Origin: Antedon mediterranea
Lineage: Eukaryota; Animalia; Echinodermata
Direction: 5' to 3'
DNA length: 64,000 nucleotides
Assembly (NCBI RefSeq): GCF_964355755.1
Contig: NC_092677.1
Coordinates: 18,622,101-18,686,100 of the forward strand
How positions within the stretch are numbered: the stretch's first letter is position 1; each line of letters begins with the position of its first letter. Both the position numbers and the translations under genes were made by a program. A model generated the notes under the pieces. That model ran no database searches. It was given only the letters and a program-made list of their open reading frames with translations, and had not been told where the DNA came from. Positions 1 through 14,500 of the stretch are shown one piece after another.

Positions 1-45
1 AGACACGATGTAGAATATAATGTACATTACCCTTATTTTTTTCAG

Positions 46-3000
46 GCGATTATTATGCTTTCATTCAACATTCTTGGTACTACGACGATGGATATATGTG
101 GACCACAGAGATACCATCGAGTTGGGGTGATTTCTGTGTTACATTCAACTATTATTTGAATGATACAAATGGTCATATAGAAATTGAACACTATCGTTCC
201 TTTGATTATTGGGTTAATTTCAAAGGGTTCTACTTTACAAGTAGAGAATGGAAGCTAGGACATGTTAGCTTTACCACGAGTACTCCTGTCAACCGTCTGA
301 AATTCTATGGACGATCATATACATATAGAAACATTGTAGCAATTAACAACGTTAACATCAGTAGAGGAACATGTGAAGGTAAACTGTTATTAATGAAATG
401 CGTATAGTTTTAATGATTGGAACAAATTAAAGAATTACATATACCAAATGATACCCTATAATGATAATTGAATGATGAGCAAAGAATAAAGCTGCTTAAT
501 TATGTTTATAAAATAATAATAATATAAATTTCAAAGAAAATGTCCTTGAGAGATTTATTTTTTGAAATGAAATAATAAAGCAAATTTAGATTCTGAGTAA
601 ATTCCAATCCGGCTAAGATAAAGAAGCTGCTAAAATGGTTATACTTTCATACACTTTTTTATACGTGTATAGCGCTCAGTATGTTCACTAAAACACAATA
701 TTACAAATCAGAGGTGGTGCATATTTATTTATAAATTTATAAATTTGTACCAATGTTAGCTATTTCTCTAAATTAGACGATGATGTATGTTGCTTTTAAT
801 TAAACGTTGTGTTTTGACTTTTCTGTCTTTGTATAGAGCAATATTATTTGAATAGGCCTATTCAATTTAATTTTTACACTTATTAACGTCCAAAAGACAA
901 AAAAGTAACCAAAAAAACAATAATAAAGAAAAATGGACGAAAGCAGATCCCAGATAGATAAGTCTCTTGTGACGGGATTGCCTTTACAAATTACTTAAAA
1001 ATTAGAAATTATGAATAAAATTTAAAAAAAATAAAGTAAATATTATATATAAATAAATATATATATATATATTCTGTAAGAATCACAATGTATTTCTTAT
1101 TATTTATATTAATGTATCGTCAAAGGATTATGTAAACATTAAGGAAATTTAATTTAGATATTATGCTTTGATCATTATAATTATTAACTGTAAAATATTT
1201 CTTAAATTATTCAATAGATTGTATGAAACATATTTACCTAACAACAAATGATGTTACCAACATAACATCCCCATACTACCCAGAAACCCATAACAACCAA
1301 TACTGTGAGTGGATCGTTGAAAGTCCGCAGAATACAGAAATTCTGCTTACGTTATATGATTTGGAGCTTCAGACCTGTTGTGACTTTTTAAAGATCATTT
1401 ATGTTGACTTACTTGGCAATACCGTTACTGAATTTTTCACTGGACAAAATAATAACAACATTTTAGCTAAAGATTACTTAAGTATAATATTTCAAAGTAA
1501 CCATGACGGTGCTATCAGAGGATTTGCTCTACAGATAGAAGTTATTGACATAGGTACAGTATGTTCACATTATATAATTATTAAAGCAAGTTTTCTATTA
1601 CATTATTACTGTTTACAAACATTAAGAGCCATTGTCTGTAAGAATCAAAGAAATATCAAAAAGAGTGGCAGAAAAAAAAAATAGATTTCTTTCAAATTTT
1701 GCACATGGCTATATATGTGTTGAGAGAAAATCAAATATGAAGTATTTTTTATTTCACACGTATATTTCCATGGCAACGACCAAATTTGTGTTTTTGACAA
1801 ATTTTGTCCTTTTTTAAGGTTTTTAAAAATGGATATTGGTACTATTTTGATGAACGATATTTTTTGTTTTGTTCATTTAATTATAAAAAATAATTAGTGT
1901 ATGCATAATAACAATGCATTGTGTACCTGTTTCATATTTTTTTATTTTTTTTTTATTTTATACTTTGGGAGATACCATTTATTTAAAAAGGGGTGTTCTT
2001 CACTTTTTTTAAATTGTTCAATGCAACTAAACTTTACTTCACTATAACACCTAAAGAAGTGTATTTTTTTAGCTAATTTATTACAAATAGGTAGTTCTAA
2101 TGTTTAATAATTGATTTCTAAAATAAAATACTGGGGTAATTTTTAAATATACAAGCAGTGTTGCGAGAAACATAGGCATTTTTATAATAAAAAAAAACAT
2201 GGTATATTAGTAAAAACATTTTATTTTCTTTGATTATTTGATTTGAAACTCATTGGTCAGAAAAAATTCTTAATATTTTATATAGTTGTAGTTGTGTTGT
2301 GAGAAAAAAAACAATTTTAATTATAGATTCTGTAATTCCCAGTTTTAATGTCATTTTATAGGTTATAGGCTATCCTCTGGAAATTTTAATAAATTATCAG
2401 ATCGTTGTGAATTTTAATCTTAATTTTGAAACTCCTCTTTCATTTGTTTACTTCTTTTATTTGCTAACCTAAGCAGATCCCACATGCCCCATCCACCACC
2501 ACTTTCGACTACCACCCCCCCCCCCCCCCACCCCGACTATAACCACAAAACGATAAACTGCAACACTTTTGTGTGTCAAATGCATGCATTCAAGCACCAC
2601 CCACACTGCCGCTACCATCGCCCCAATGAATAGACGGATTCAAACTCCTCCATCCCACCCCCTCCACTTTCACCCACCCCAAGTTAAAAATTGCAATGCA
2701 AAAGATAGGACATAAAGTTAAGTTTTTAGAGCCTCGCCTTCAACCCCCTAACTATTTCAAAGTCCTGGATCCACCACTTTCCCTGATGTGAAATTTCATT
2801 TCATTTAAGGTCAGCATGTAAAATATCACACTTTATTATTAAATATTGGTTTTAAATTCTATATTATTTTTACTGTGATGGTTGGATTCAGTATTAATAA
2901 TTAATTAATAATTATCTGATAATTATTTAATTTCCCTTAGTTATGCATAGCAACAGTTACTATGGTAACTAAAATTGAGATATTATTTAGATTTTGCATA

Positions 3001-6000
3001 TTTATCTTATACAAACTTAAATTTGTAGATTATTAGCATGCATGCCTTATTTGCATTTTCAAATTCGTCAGGTCATATTCGTAAGGATTTTCTTCTGTGA
3101 TTATTTTTATTCATGAAAACTCCATATTTTATTTACAGGGGGCACCTCCCGTAAGTGGCCACCTCTCTTAACGGACGCACTTTGAAAAGCCTGTTTGTTC
3201 TTCCTATCTAATTAGTGCATTTGGTGCTTACCGTAAGCAGCTGCGGGCACCTTTTTATACTAAAAATGACATTTTTTGTAAGCGGCCAATCGAAAAATGT
3301 GATACTTATTGCATGAACCTATGAATTAGAGGTCCATGTTTATTGTATTTCTTTATATATTAGCTTTATTTTGAAGAGGTTTTAAAAACATTAATGTGAA
3401 GAGATGAGAAAACTACACAGATTTTGACCGACCATTTTTCATATGATAAAAGCTTTTAAAATTTGTCTGAAAATGCTACAAAATACTAAACCACCTGATT
3501 ATAAACACTAATAGGCCTACAATTAGCTGGAAAATTGAGAGGCTCGTTTCGTTAAGAATATCGTATATAGCCATAATACGTGATTTTGGCCCTTTATCGG
3601 CAGAACCTCCCGTAAGGGGTCACCACCCTTAAGGGGTCACCACCCGTAAGCGGCCACTTTTTCAGGTCCCGAGGGTGGCCACTTACGGGAGGTTCAACTG
3701 TATTTAAAAAAACAATTATCCATAGTTACGCATAGAAACAGGTTCTAAGATAACATAAATAATACAATTTGACATAACTTGACCCAACAATTGACCCTTT
3801 CACAAGGTCAGACATTTTCTGGGATTCAGTAGATAAGTAAATTTGGGAAAAAGTAGTAAAGCTATGTAATCAATTGTTTGTAGTCATGAAACCCCATATT
3901 AAAAATATTGTACTTAGTTACTTATAGAAACAGTTGCTACAATATACTATAGGTAAAATGTTGATGTCATTTGACCTCAATATGTAAAAAATTTTTTTCT
4001 TCATGAAAACTCCATATTTAATTTTTTTTTAAATATCCTTAGTTACGTAGACAGATTTAAGATAACATTAAAGGTCAATTGTTTACCTTTATTCAAATTT
4101 GTCAAGACTTTCTTTCTGAGATTATTAGGATTCAGTATTTAAAGTACATTTAGCAAAAAGTAGAAATGTAAAACTATCTAGAACAAATGTTTTGTGTTTA
4201 TGAAAAACCCCCTATTTTTTTGAAATTTTCGCATAGAAACAGTTACTATGGTAAAATGTTGACCTCATTTGACCTCAAAATGAATGAATTTACAAGGTCA
4301 AGTTTGTCATTAATAGAATGCAGTAGAAGTAAAATTGAGAAAAATTACAAATGCAATCAATTCTTTGTAGGCTATTTATAAAAACGCCATTTTTTACGTT
4401 TAAAAAAATTTTTTTGATTAAAGATTAATAGTTGTAGTAAAGTGTGGACCTGTCCTGTTTTGCCTTCTGACCCCTTTTGACCTCAAATGACCTATTTACA
4501 AGGTCAGATTTTTGGAGGTCTTTCTGTATCTCTTTACACAAAATAGATTTAAAAATTTATAAAAACCATTGACGCAATTATTTCAAAGTTTAACATTATT
4601 TTTCATCAACTAAATATTTCAATGCAAAATACTGTTTTTCTGGCAATTAATTGAAATAAACCTGGCAACACATTCTCCTATTTTATCTAAACTATTTGTA
4701 TGACTCTAGTAGCATTATGACAAGCCACATATACATTTTATTATTGGATTAGCCATATTTAAATTGTGTTTCATGTGTTTTGTTTGTTGATATTTTGTTT
4801 GTATTTTTCGTATTTTCCTGGCAATACAAAACCTATGTACCCCAGTGTTTTTTTTGTGATTATTGTTGACAAACATATTGACTATCAAATTAAAAAACCT
4901 CATTGATTTAAAAACACCACTTTGGAAGTTATAGGTACGTTTATGAGGTATACTTTTATAAAAAAATATTTTTTAAAAACACCCCTTTTTAAAATAATGG
5001 TATCAACCAAACTCCATTTTGTAATTTTTTTTTCTACATTAAATGGATCTCAATACATGTTGTTTACACTGCTATAAACAAAAACTGTATACTGTAAGTA
5101 TTTTTGGTTAAAATAAGTATACAAGTTTGTACTTTTTCACTATAGAAAATCTGTGAAAAATGGCAAAAACATCAAAATTTGGATAATTGACCGTTGTCAT
5201 GGCAACGGAGGCTAAACATTAAAATGAATGCTGTAAATATGCTTTTTTTTAAATGTCTATCCATGGTAAAAATTTGAGAGAAATCCAATTTTTTACATCT
5301 GCCACCAAATCTTTGATTTTTACAGACAATGGCTCTTAATTTGTTTCAGATTTTACTTTTTCATAATAAAAAAATCTTTCTTGTAGAATGTTTGGGATAT
5401 TTGTGCTTGAATGGTTCTAGTCCTGGCGTTTGTTTAAATAGATCTATAGTTTGTGATGGAACCAATGATTGCGGTGATTGGTCCGATGAAAGACATGGGT
5501 GTACGGACCGTGAGTTAATTATTATAGAAAATCTCGAAATTAAAAACCCAATGCATTGTAGCATTGAAGATGTTTTTATAGATTAGTTATTATTTTTAAC
5601 TCCCAATAATGTGCATAGTTAAACAAATACAAAATACTAGTCAATAAATAGCTCAGGTCGGTAAAAAGGAAGGGTGCGTACAGGTCTTTAGTAAATAATA
5701 TTACATGAACCGTGCTACACAGTTCATACATTGTTGTTCAATAACAATTTACTTAAAAAATTTGACTTTGTTTCTCGAGTTCTGCGCAAAACTATTGACG
5801 AATGAGTTCAATAATTTTGAAAGGATGTCTCTTTAGTTTATTGAATAGTTACTACTTAAGTTCCTAGTTCCTTATATGATGTGAATTATAAGGACAGACA
5901 GAAATATATGATTATTACAAATTTTACAAATATAAATAAACTACTCTACCGGACAGCAGGTAACACACTAATGTATTATATTATACTCCACCAGGTTAAA

Positions 6001-9000
6001 CCCGACACGTTCATTATTAATTTTTCCAAGAAGACAAAAAAGCATAAAGTCATTTTATACAAAGTTATCACTCTTTTTGTACTGCTTTTAAACTATAATA
6101 TTTGTATTAAGTACAGTATATGCTACTAAATAATAAAGTTTGGTATGTTTTATTTTTTGTCAAATTAGGTCCTTTAACCTGTAACTTTGATGTTGATATG
6201 TGTGGATGGGACCATCACCCATATGAAGATCCATGGCAACTTTCCGATGAGACAACTGATGACAACATTAACCCTGGTCTAGGTAGATTTTTTCTTTTGT
6301 AATTTAGAATATAAATATAAGGAATATGAAATTACACAAGTCTAAAATCAAACTAATACCAGTAGCTACCCTAATACAATTTTATCAGTCTAGACTCTAG
6401 ACACACTCCAATTAATTTGATTTATAACAATAATCTCAGTAAACTTTTTCCATAAGAAAAACTGTATTATTTTGGTAAAAACCAAATATTATAAATATTA
6501 ATAGACAAAAAGAAATATTAAATTCTTTAAAAATAATTTTTATTATTATATATACATTGCACTGATAAAGAGATTGCCCGAAAGATCTCCTAATGTTTCT
6601 GCTTGTGTTTTACTTTATCGTTTTGATTTAGCCTTTTGCTTATTTTATTGTTTGTATCGTCATATCTAGGCACATATATCAACGGCATAGTTATTTTTTA
6701 GTAATTTGCCTTTTATTGGATTTATATAGAAGTGAAAACAGACATGTCAATACATAATTAAGAATGTTAAAAGAACGAAGCGTATATTGAAATAAAAGTG
6801 ATATAAAAATGATGAACCAACGTAAGAGAGAGAAAGAGAAAAATTGTTTAAAGTGCTAAATAATTATCAATCTTTACACATTTGTCTGTACCTTGTATCA
6901 TGTCCTGTATTATGTCTTTTCATCATCATTTCTAATAATTTTAAATACAAAAACAATATTGATTTTAAACAAGGCTTGTTTTCTTATTATTTTACAGGCG
7001 ATTATTATGCTTTCATTTATTCTTCGGAGTCACGTTATGGACACATGTGGACCACAGCGATACCATCAAGTTGGGGGGATTTCTGCGTCAAGTTTAACTA
7101 CTATTTGAGTAATGTAAATGATCGTATAGAAATACAACACTATAGTTCGTTTGATTATTGGGTTACAGAAAAACGTTTCTTCTTTACAAGCACAGGATGG
7201 AAGCTAGGCCATGCTAGCTTTACCACGAGTACTCCTATCAACCGGCTGCAATTCTCTGGGAGCTCATATAGACATATTGTAGCAATTAATAACGTTAACA
7301 TCAGTAGAGGTTCATGTGAAGGTAAAGTGATGATAGTATAATATCGTAGGCCTAGACCTAATGATAATAATTGAAAAAAATAATAATTGTGTTTGAGATT
7401 TTATTTTCAGAAATCAAAATTGAATGCAAAACTCCCAGCTGCAGGAGTGTTAGATATGTCTTTATACGTACACAAAACTCAGAATGTTCAATATAGCATA
7501 TTCATTAATTATTAATTAATTAATTAATAAGTAGACATTTACAATCATATTTTATATTATAAATGTATTACTCTATTAACTTTTTAATAATGCCGACTAA
7601 GTTTTAATTCCACATTAGCTTAAGAAGTTTATTTTATATAGTATATAAGAATGATTAGAACTAATGATCTCATAGACTGTAAATAATATTTGTAATATTA
7701 CGTAAAGTACTTTATATATTATATGGCGTTTAATCTGAGAGTTAATCAATGTATCATTAGCTGTGTAAGTAAGTACTCAAATGATTAGATGAACAAAATA
7801 AGAATTTCTTTCAATATATTCATTATGTTAACTCTAAAATATTAACATAAGTGTTTCTTGATTCATAGATTGCGTGAAAACTATTTATCTAAACACAAGT
7901 GATACTATCAACATAACATCCCCGTATTACCCTGAAAACCATAACAACCAATACTGTGAATGGATTGTGGAAAGTCCGCAAAATACTGGAATTCTACTCA
8001 CGTTTTATGACTTTGAGCTACAAAGCTGTTGTGACTTTTTAAATATCACTTATGTTGACAACATTGGCAATAACTTGACTGAATTTTACACTGGACAACA
8101 TATATACAACATTTTAGCTAAAAATAGTATAAGTATAATATTTCAATCCAACTATTACGGTGTTAACAGAGGATTTGCTCTAGAACTGAAACTTATTGAA
8201 ATAGGTATGTTGACATTTTTGACACAAGTTTTTCCATTACATTGTTATTACAAAATTAATACGTATTTTTAATTTCAAATAACATATAACATTTTTCTTT
8301 TAGAGTGTTATGGATATCTGTGCTTAGATGAATCTCATACTGGTGTATGTTTAGATAGTTCTTTTGCTTGTGACGGGTTCTATGATTGTGGTGATTGGTC
8401 TGACGAAAGACATGGATGCACAGAACGTGAGTTAATTAGTATATAAGGAATCTGTAAATTTTGTTTATTTACTACTTGTGGGCCTTTTCCTGCCTTTATT
8501 TCAATTTTAAAAAAAATTTGGCCGTACTAATTGTATTCATTTTATTTCTCAAACATCATTAAAATCAATGCTCATTACTTATCAGAGGGAATACAAACAA
8601 CACAAATTAAATACATTTACTACTACAGGTAATACTATTACAAAACATACAGAAATTATTTCTATAGATAATTCAGGTATTGAAGAAAAATAATTATTTA
8701 CGAATACAATTATTAACTTTGCTACCATATTAAAATTACTAAGTTACAATTTCATAACGAATTACCAGACATATAAACTTAATTAAATGAATTCCCTTTT
8801 CCAAACATACTACTCTATTCCATGATACGAGAAACAACAATATTTATATTAATTTCACAAACAATTAAGATAGTGTTCTGGATCAGAATCCCAAATTATT
8901 TTATTTTGTTGTCCGTATAGTTATGCTACTTAATAATAAAGTGATGTGCAATTTGTCTACGTGTCAAATTAGGTTCCATAACCTGTAACTTTGATGTTGA

Positions 9001-11571
9001 TATGTGTGGATGGGACCCGTATCCATACAGTGATACTGATTACACACCATGGAAACTTTCCAACGATACAACTGATGATAACATTAACCCTGGCCCAGGT
9101 AGGTTGAGTGTTTGTAGATTATAAAAAAAGAACCCTAATTTAAAAAAGTTCATTATGAAAAGAATCCCCATTCTTTCTTTTTGGTTTCAAAAAAATCTCG
9201 GAATCAAGCTTTTATTTCAAGATAGCATTGGCTTCTTTTCGAGATAAACTGTATTTGAATGTTAGTATAATATATATTAATTACCTATTTTTAGAAATAC
9301 ATTAATACAAAATATCTCACGTACTTTTCAATTATTACTTTTTGTTTATTTTTGGGATCAGATTGCAGATCTTTTTCGATTTATTTTTACTTGAAAATGG
9401 AGGGACAGTTATTAAAAAAAATACAAAATATATGAAAAAAGACTTGTTTTCTTATTCCCAGGCGACTACTATGCTTTCATTTATCCTGCATTTTGGTACT
9501 ACTACTACTACTACTTACACGATGGATACATGTTCACCACAGAAATACCATCAAGTTGGGGTGATTTCTGTGTTAAATTTAACTACTATTTGGGTGATTC
9601 AAATGATTATATAGAAATACACCACTATCGTTCGTTTGATCATTGGTTTAAAAGCAACACTTTTTACTTCAAAAATGCAGAATGGAAGCAAGGTCTTGTC
9701 AGTTTTACAACGGCGGGTACTCATTTCAACCGTCTACAATTCCATGCGAGAACATATAGAAACATTGTAGCTATCAACAACGTTAACATCAGTAGAGGAG
9801 CATGTGAAAGTAAAATTTTGAAATTAAAGTTAATGAACTGAATTATAGTATCTGGGTTTAACATCTATAAACATTGTAAATAATGTTAATACCTGTGAAT
9901 AAACATGTAAAGTTATGCCAACAACTCATAAACAACAATTATGTTTATACTATACGATGTGGACTGGACGACTACCGTATATTTTCCATTCAAACTAGGC
10001 AAATACAAAAATAGTGAAAGAAAAAATAACTTGTCATGAAATGACTCCAAATTATTAAATCAAAAGCCTACTAAACAAAGATTTAACCACTGTTTTTTTT
10101 TTATTATTTAATGTTAATATTAAACCTCGATCAATTGGGAACAATATAAATTAATAAAATCTAAACTTATACAGTATACAGTTCACAATAACATTGTTCC
10201 ACACCTAACATATTGTCCGTTTATCAACGGATGTTTTTATCTCTGTCAGTTGATTTAAATTTCTTTTTAAATTAAAAAATATTATTTATGAATCACAAGC
10301 GTTTGACAAAGTATAGTAGAGTAGATGTAGGCCTACAAATTACTGTTCAGTCTAATTCAGAATAATAATATATTTATTTTATTTATTTATTTATTACCAT
10401 CTTTACTGAGGGTAGACTATCCAGTTCAATTCAATTCAATTCAATTCAACTTTATTTCAGACAAACTGTCCATATGAAACATATAAATACAATAAAACAC
10501 AATACAAAGTATTATGTGACAACCGTCATGGAGAGAGGACTAATAATTATTTGTTGACATATAGTGCCTCTTAAAATACATGTGCATTATGTTTTGGGAT
10601 TTATTGAATGTAGACTAATGGAACTGATCATTTAGGGCCCTCGATAAAACATACATACAGTAAAACAGTAATAATAGGGTAGAACTATTCGGAACACTCA
10701 ACACTGTTGAAACTGTTAATACAATTATACAATGCAATTAATGACACAATACTATGATTGCTGTAAGAGGTGGCGGGGAACAATTATAGAAACTAATAAA
10801 CGTGCACGTTACTACAGCATATCATGGTCGAATTGAAATAGTAAAAGTATAATAGTGCCACTACTATTACAATTAGTAAGACGTTTTTAATTTGTTGCTT
10901 TAATCCCAATACATTTTGGAGAAAAAAAACAACATATAGTCTACGAGTTAATATCAACATTAAAAGACAGAACAAAGAATTTCTCTCTTAATGATGAATA
11001 TCATCTCTAGTTTCGAATTCCAACTACCAAACCAATATTGTTCTGTTTCAAACAGACACACATTTATGTTGAAAAATACAATTTAATAATATTAATGAAC
11101 ATTTTGTTTTATATGATATTTTTATTGTAAAATTACTAAACGTAAACACATTATTGTATTGTACAATATTTCAATTTGGTATACTTTAATATACTAACTT
11201 AAGTATTTATCATGGTTCGATAGATTGTGTGGACAACATTTACCTAACAACAAGTGATGTTATCAACATAACATCTCCATACTACCCTCAAAACTACGGC
11301 ACCTACCACAACTGCGAATGGACCGTGGAAAGTCCGCAGAATACAGGAATTCTACTCACGTTTTATGTCTTAGAGCTATCAACCTGTTGTGACTTTTTGT
11401 ATATTACCTATGTTAACACCATTGGCAATACTGTGACTGAATATATTACTGGAACTGAATATACCGACCAAAACTCCATTGTAGCTAAAACAAACATTAT
11501 TATAACTTTTCAAAGTAATGGATACGGTTTTTACACAGGATTTGCTCTTGGACTGAAGGTTATTGGCATAG
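46..11571 (+). CDS. Tandemly triplicated MAM-CUB(-LDLa) exon cassette of the adhesion GPCR
   Basis: MAM: TCNFDVDMCGW ... FCV(T/K)FNYY ... VAINNVNISRGxC. CUB: NITSPYYP...CEW...CCDFL...GFAL. LDLa: CDGTNDCGDWSDE. Three near-identical copies; the third lacks the LDLa exon. Confidence 0.85.
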
Positions 11572-14500
11572 GTATGTTTACATTTTTTTATAAGTATTTT
11601 ATGCAATTTCTCAGATTAGACTTAACTATTGATACTGAACAAATATTTATATTTTTTGTTTAAGTAGTTTATTTTTAAATAGAAATAGAAAATGTAGAAT
11701 ATTCTTGCTTTACTCGAAAACCGATATCCATCAAAATTGATATTTTACTGATTATATTCTTTCTATGAAAGGAGTTAAATTCTAATTTTATTCCAATAAT
11801 AATAATACTGTTCAATTCCACTCATTATTTCCTCATTCATGATTATGAACTGATCTTTTAGGGGAGTTTTAAAAGTCTCTTCAATGCATTTTTATGTTAG
11901 AATTTATTTTTCCAACTAATTAGAAAAATAATTAATAAAGTTCGGTTTGCGATACATCATATGTTTCCAAAAGTTAGAGGTTTCTCGGCATTTCAGTTGT
12001 TATACTACAGCTGCCTTTTATAGAATAATCATAATCTATACTATCTGAAAATTCATCTACGAATAGCCTACTATCATTAAGGTAATATTGATACACTTAT
12101 TAGGAAATATAAATAGCACAACATAAATCATGTTATTGTATTGTATTTCATTAATAGATATTGAACGTTTAGTAATTGAATGTCCAACAAATGTCACTTC
12201 AAACAATTACATCGGAGAAGGAAATGGACTCGTAATTGTCAGCACAGATATAGGAAGTCGCAATGCCACTGTCATCTGGGATCCTCCTGTGACAAGTGAC
12301 AATGAAACACTGAGTATAATATCATCGCCATACGAATCAGGTGACATGATACCAATTGGTATTCACACAATCACCTTTACAGCAACTGATTCTTTTGGCA
12401 GTATTGACACATGTGACTTTGGTCTCCAGGTAGAAGGTAAAATTATAAACCTCATATTATTTAGTTTATGGTAAAAGTCAAACAAAAAGTTTCCTTTTTT
12501 TTAACGCGAGGTTCTTTCAATACATATAATTACAAAATAATAATTATTTGCATTTTAACATAATTATATTTACAAATACATTTAATTGATACAATATTTT
12601 TTTGTTTCAAATTACTTGCCTTTATAATGATATATAACTGTAACTATTCTGTATGTACAGCTGGTGCTGGAGTGGTTCCGTCCTACACCAATAAAAGTGT
12701 AATGTTCTTAAATTATAATAATTACTAAGTATGATAAGTTTAATTATTGTGTTTTTCTTAATTATTAAATAGATAATAAGGATCCTGTCTTGGTCTGTCC
12801 ACCTAATATTACAACTACTACAGCAGATGGATCAGAACAAGCAGTTAATGTCAACTGGACTGATCCAATAGTAATTGACAATTCTGGTGAAGATATAACA
12901 CCAACGTCCAAGTACAATCCGGGAAATAATGAATTTGATATTGGCAGCACTGATGTTATATATGATGTAGTTGATAGTTCAAGCAATGCAGCAACATGTA
13001 CCTTTACAGTAACTGTTACTGGTAAGTATAACTAGTCTCTCCTCCTCCCTCCCCACTGAAGTGTCAAAATTAACTCGGTGATATCAAAATTATGGTATAA
13101 ATGCATTATTACCCTGATCTTCTTCACTGGGTATTATTATTATCGTTGTTAAGCATAATATAAATTATACATTTCAATTATTATCATTACATTTTAGATC
13201 CAGAAGCTCCAGATATTATAGATTGTCCAATCGGTATGATTGTTAACACAACAACTGGTGAGGCATTTGCAATCAATGTCACATGGATGGAACCGACAGC
13301 TACTGATAACTCTGGAGAGACTCCTATACCAGTAACAGTCTACACTTCCGGTGATAATAAGTTTCCAATTGGTGACACAACAGTCCAGTACAATGTGTCA
13401 GATTCAGCTGGTAACTTTAATGATAGCTGCAGTTTTGCTATCACTGTTCAAGGTAAGAATGTACCTTATGAAGAGACTTCCCAAGAATGAATTATAATAT
13501 AAATAATTAAAACATACGACTCGATAACTCATATAAAATATAATGAACAATATCAGATAAAACTGATTTCTATGTAAAATGTAAATGTATTCTGATATTT
13601 ATTCCAACTAACTATTTCGTTGAGTATTGCTATTATAAATTTACATTTCAACATAATGAGTTTTGATAATTTATTTGTTTATATGGTATTTATGAAAATG
13701 TGTTATTCTTTTTACGATTGTAAACGTTAAATAGATTATTAGAATTAGTAATTCCTGTTTGTTTGTGTTCTATTTTGAAATTGATAATGAGAATATGTAT
13801 TATTTTTTAGATTAGTTCAGTACCTAATCTCAATTACTAATTCGTATTCTTGACAGCAATTTCACCAGCCATCATGCTTGTTTGAAAGTTCATCGTTCGT
13901 CTACAAAGCATTGGCCTAAGATCATCTAATATAAGTGTAATGGCCTTTGCTCTTCGGGTTCAGTCAATTATTGCAGGCTACGATTGTGCAATGCATTACA
14001 TAGTTCACGGTCTTTTGATATCCATTTAGATGCGTTCTAATATATAAGCATTCGGTTTAGAAGGGCCCACGTCATCAATACTACATTATGCTAGGCATTA
14101 TAGATCACAGATCTGCTCGCCTCACTCACTTGCAGTTTGCAATTTCTAGTCATTATATTTTAATCTGTATAATTATAGTGTTGTTTTATTTTACATTATT
14201 CTCTTCTCACCTGTATTTGTTTGTTGGCATAAAATCCAGACTACCTTCATTCAGATATTATATCATGGCTCTGGGCCGATAGATCATAAAGCAAAGCATA
14301 GCACTAGAAGACTTTTACGTTATAAGTTATGAACATGAATATGAACAGCTACTATAGTTGGTTTGTTTTCAATAGATGAGCAAGATCCAGTATTCAAATT
14401 TTGTCCTGATAGCATTTTCACAGAAACTGATCATAGGACATCTACTGCACGTGTAAGTTGGAAAACTCCAGAAATTGAAGATAACTCAGGTCAAGTGTCA

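Larger units (their letters stand above)
1626..5335. mobile_element. Non-autonomous TTAA-target DNA transposon (Kolobok-like) in an intron
   Basis: TIR GAGCCATTGTCTGTAA(G/A)AATCAAAGA at both ends, with imperfect similarity extending about 400 bp; TTAA at 1622-1625 and 5336-5339. The paralogous intron at 8205-8303 is short and lacks it. Confidence 0.8.

Noticed and set aside
13850-14300. Possible decayed LINE fragments here and near 46140-46640 and 51800-52200
   Set aside because: Composition is suggestive, but no RT or endonuclease motif could be read with confidence.
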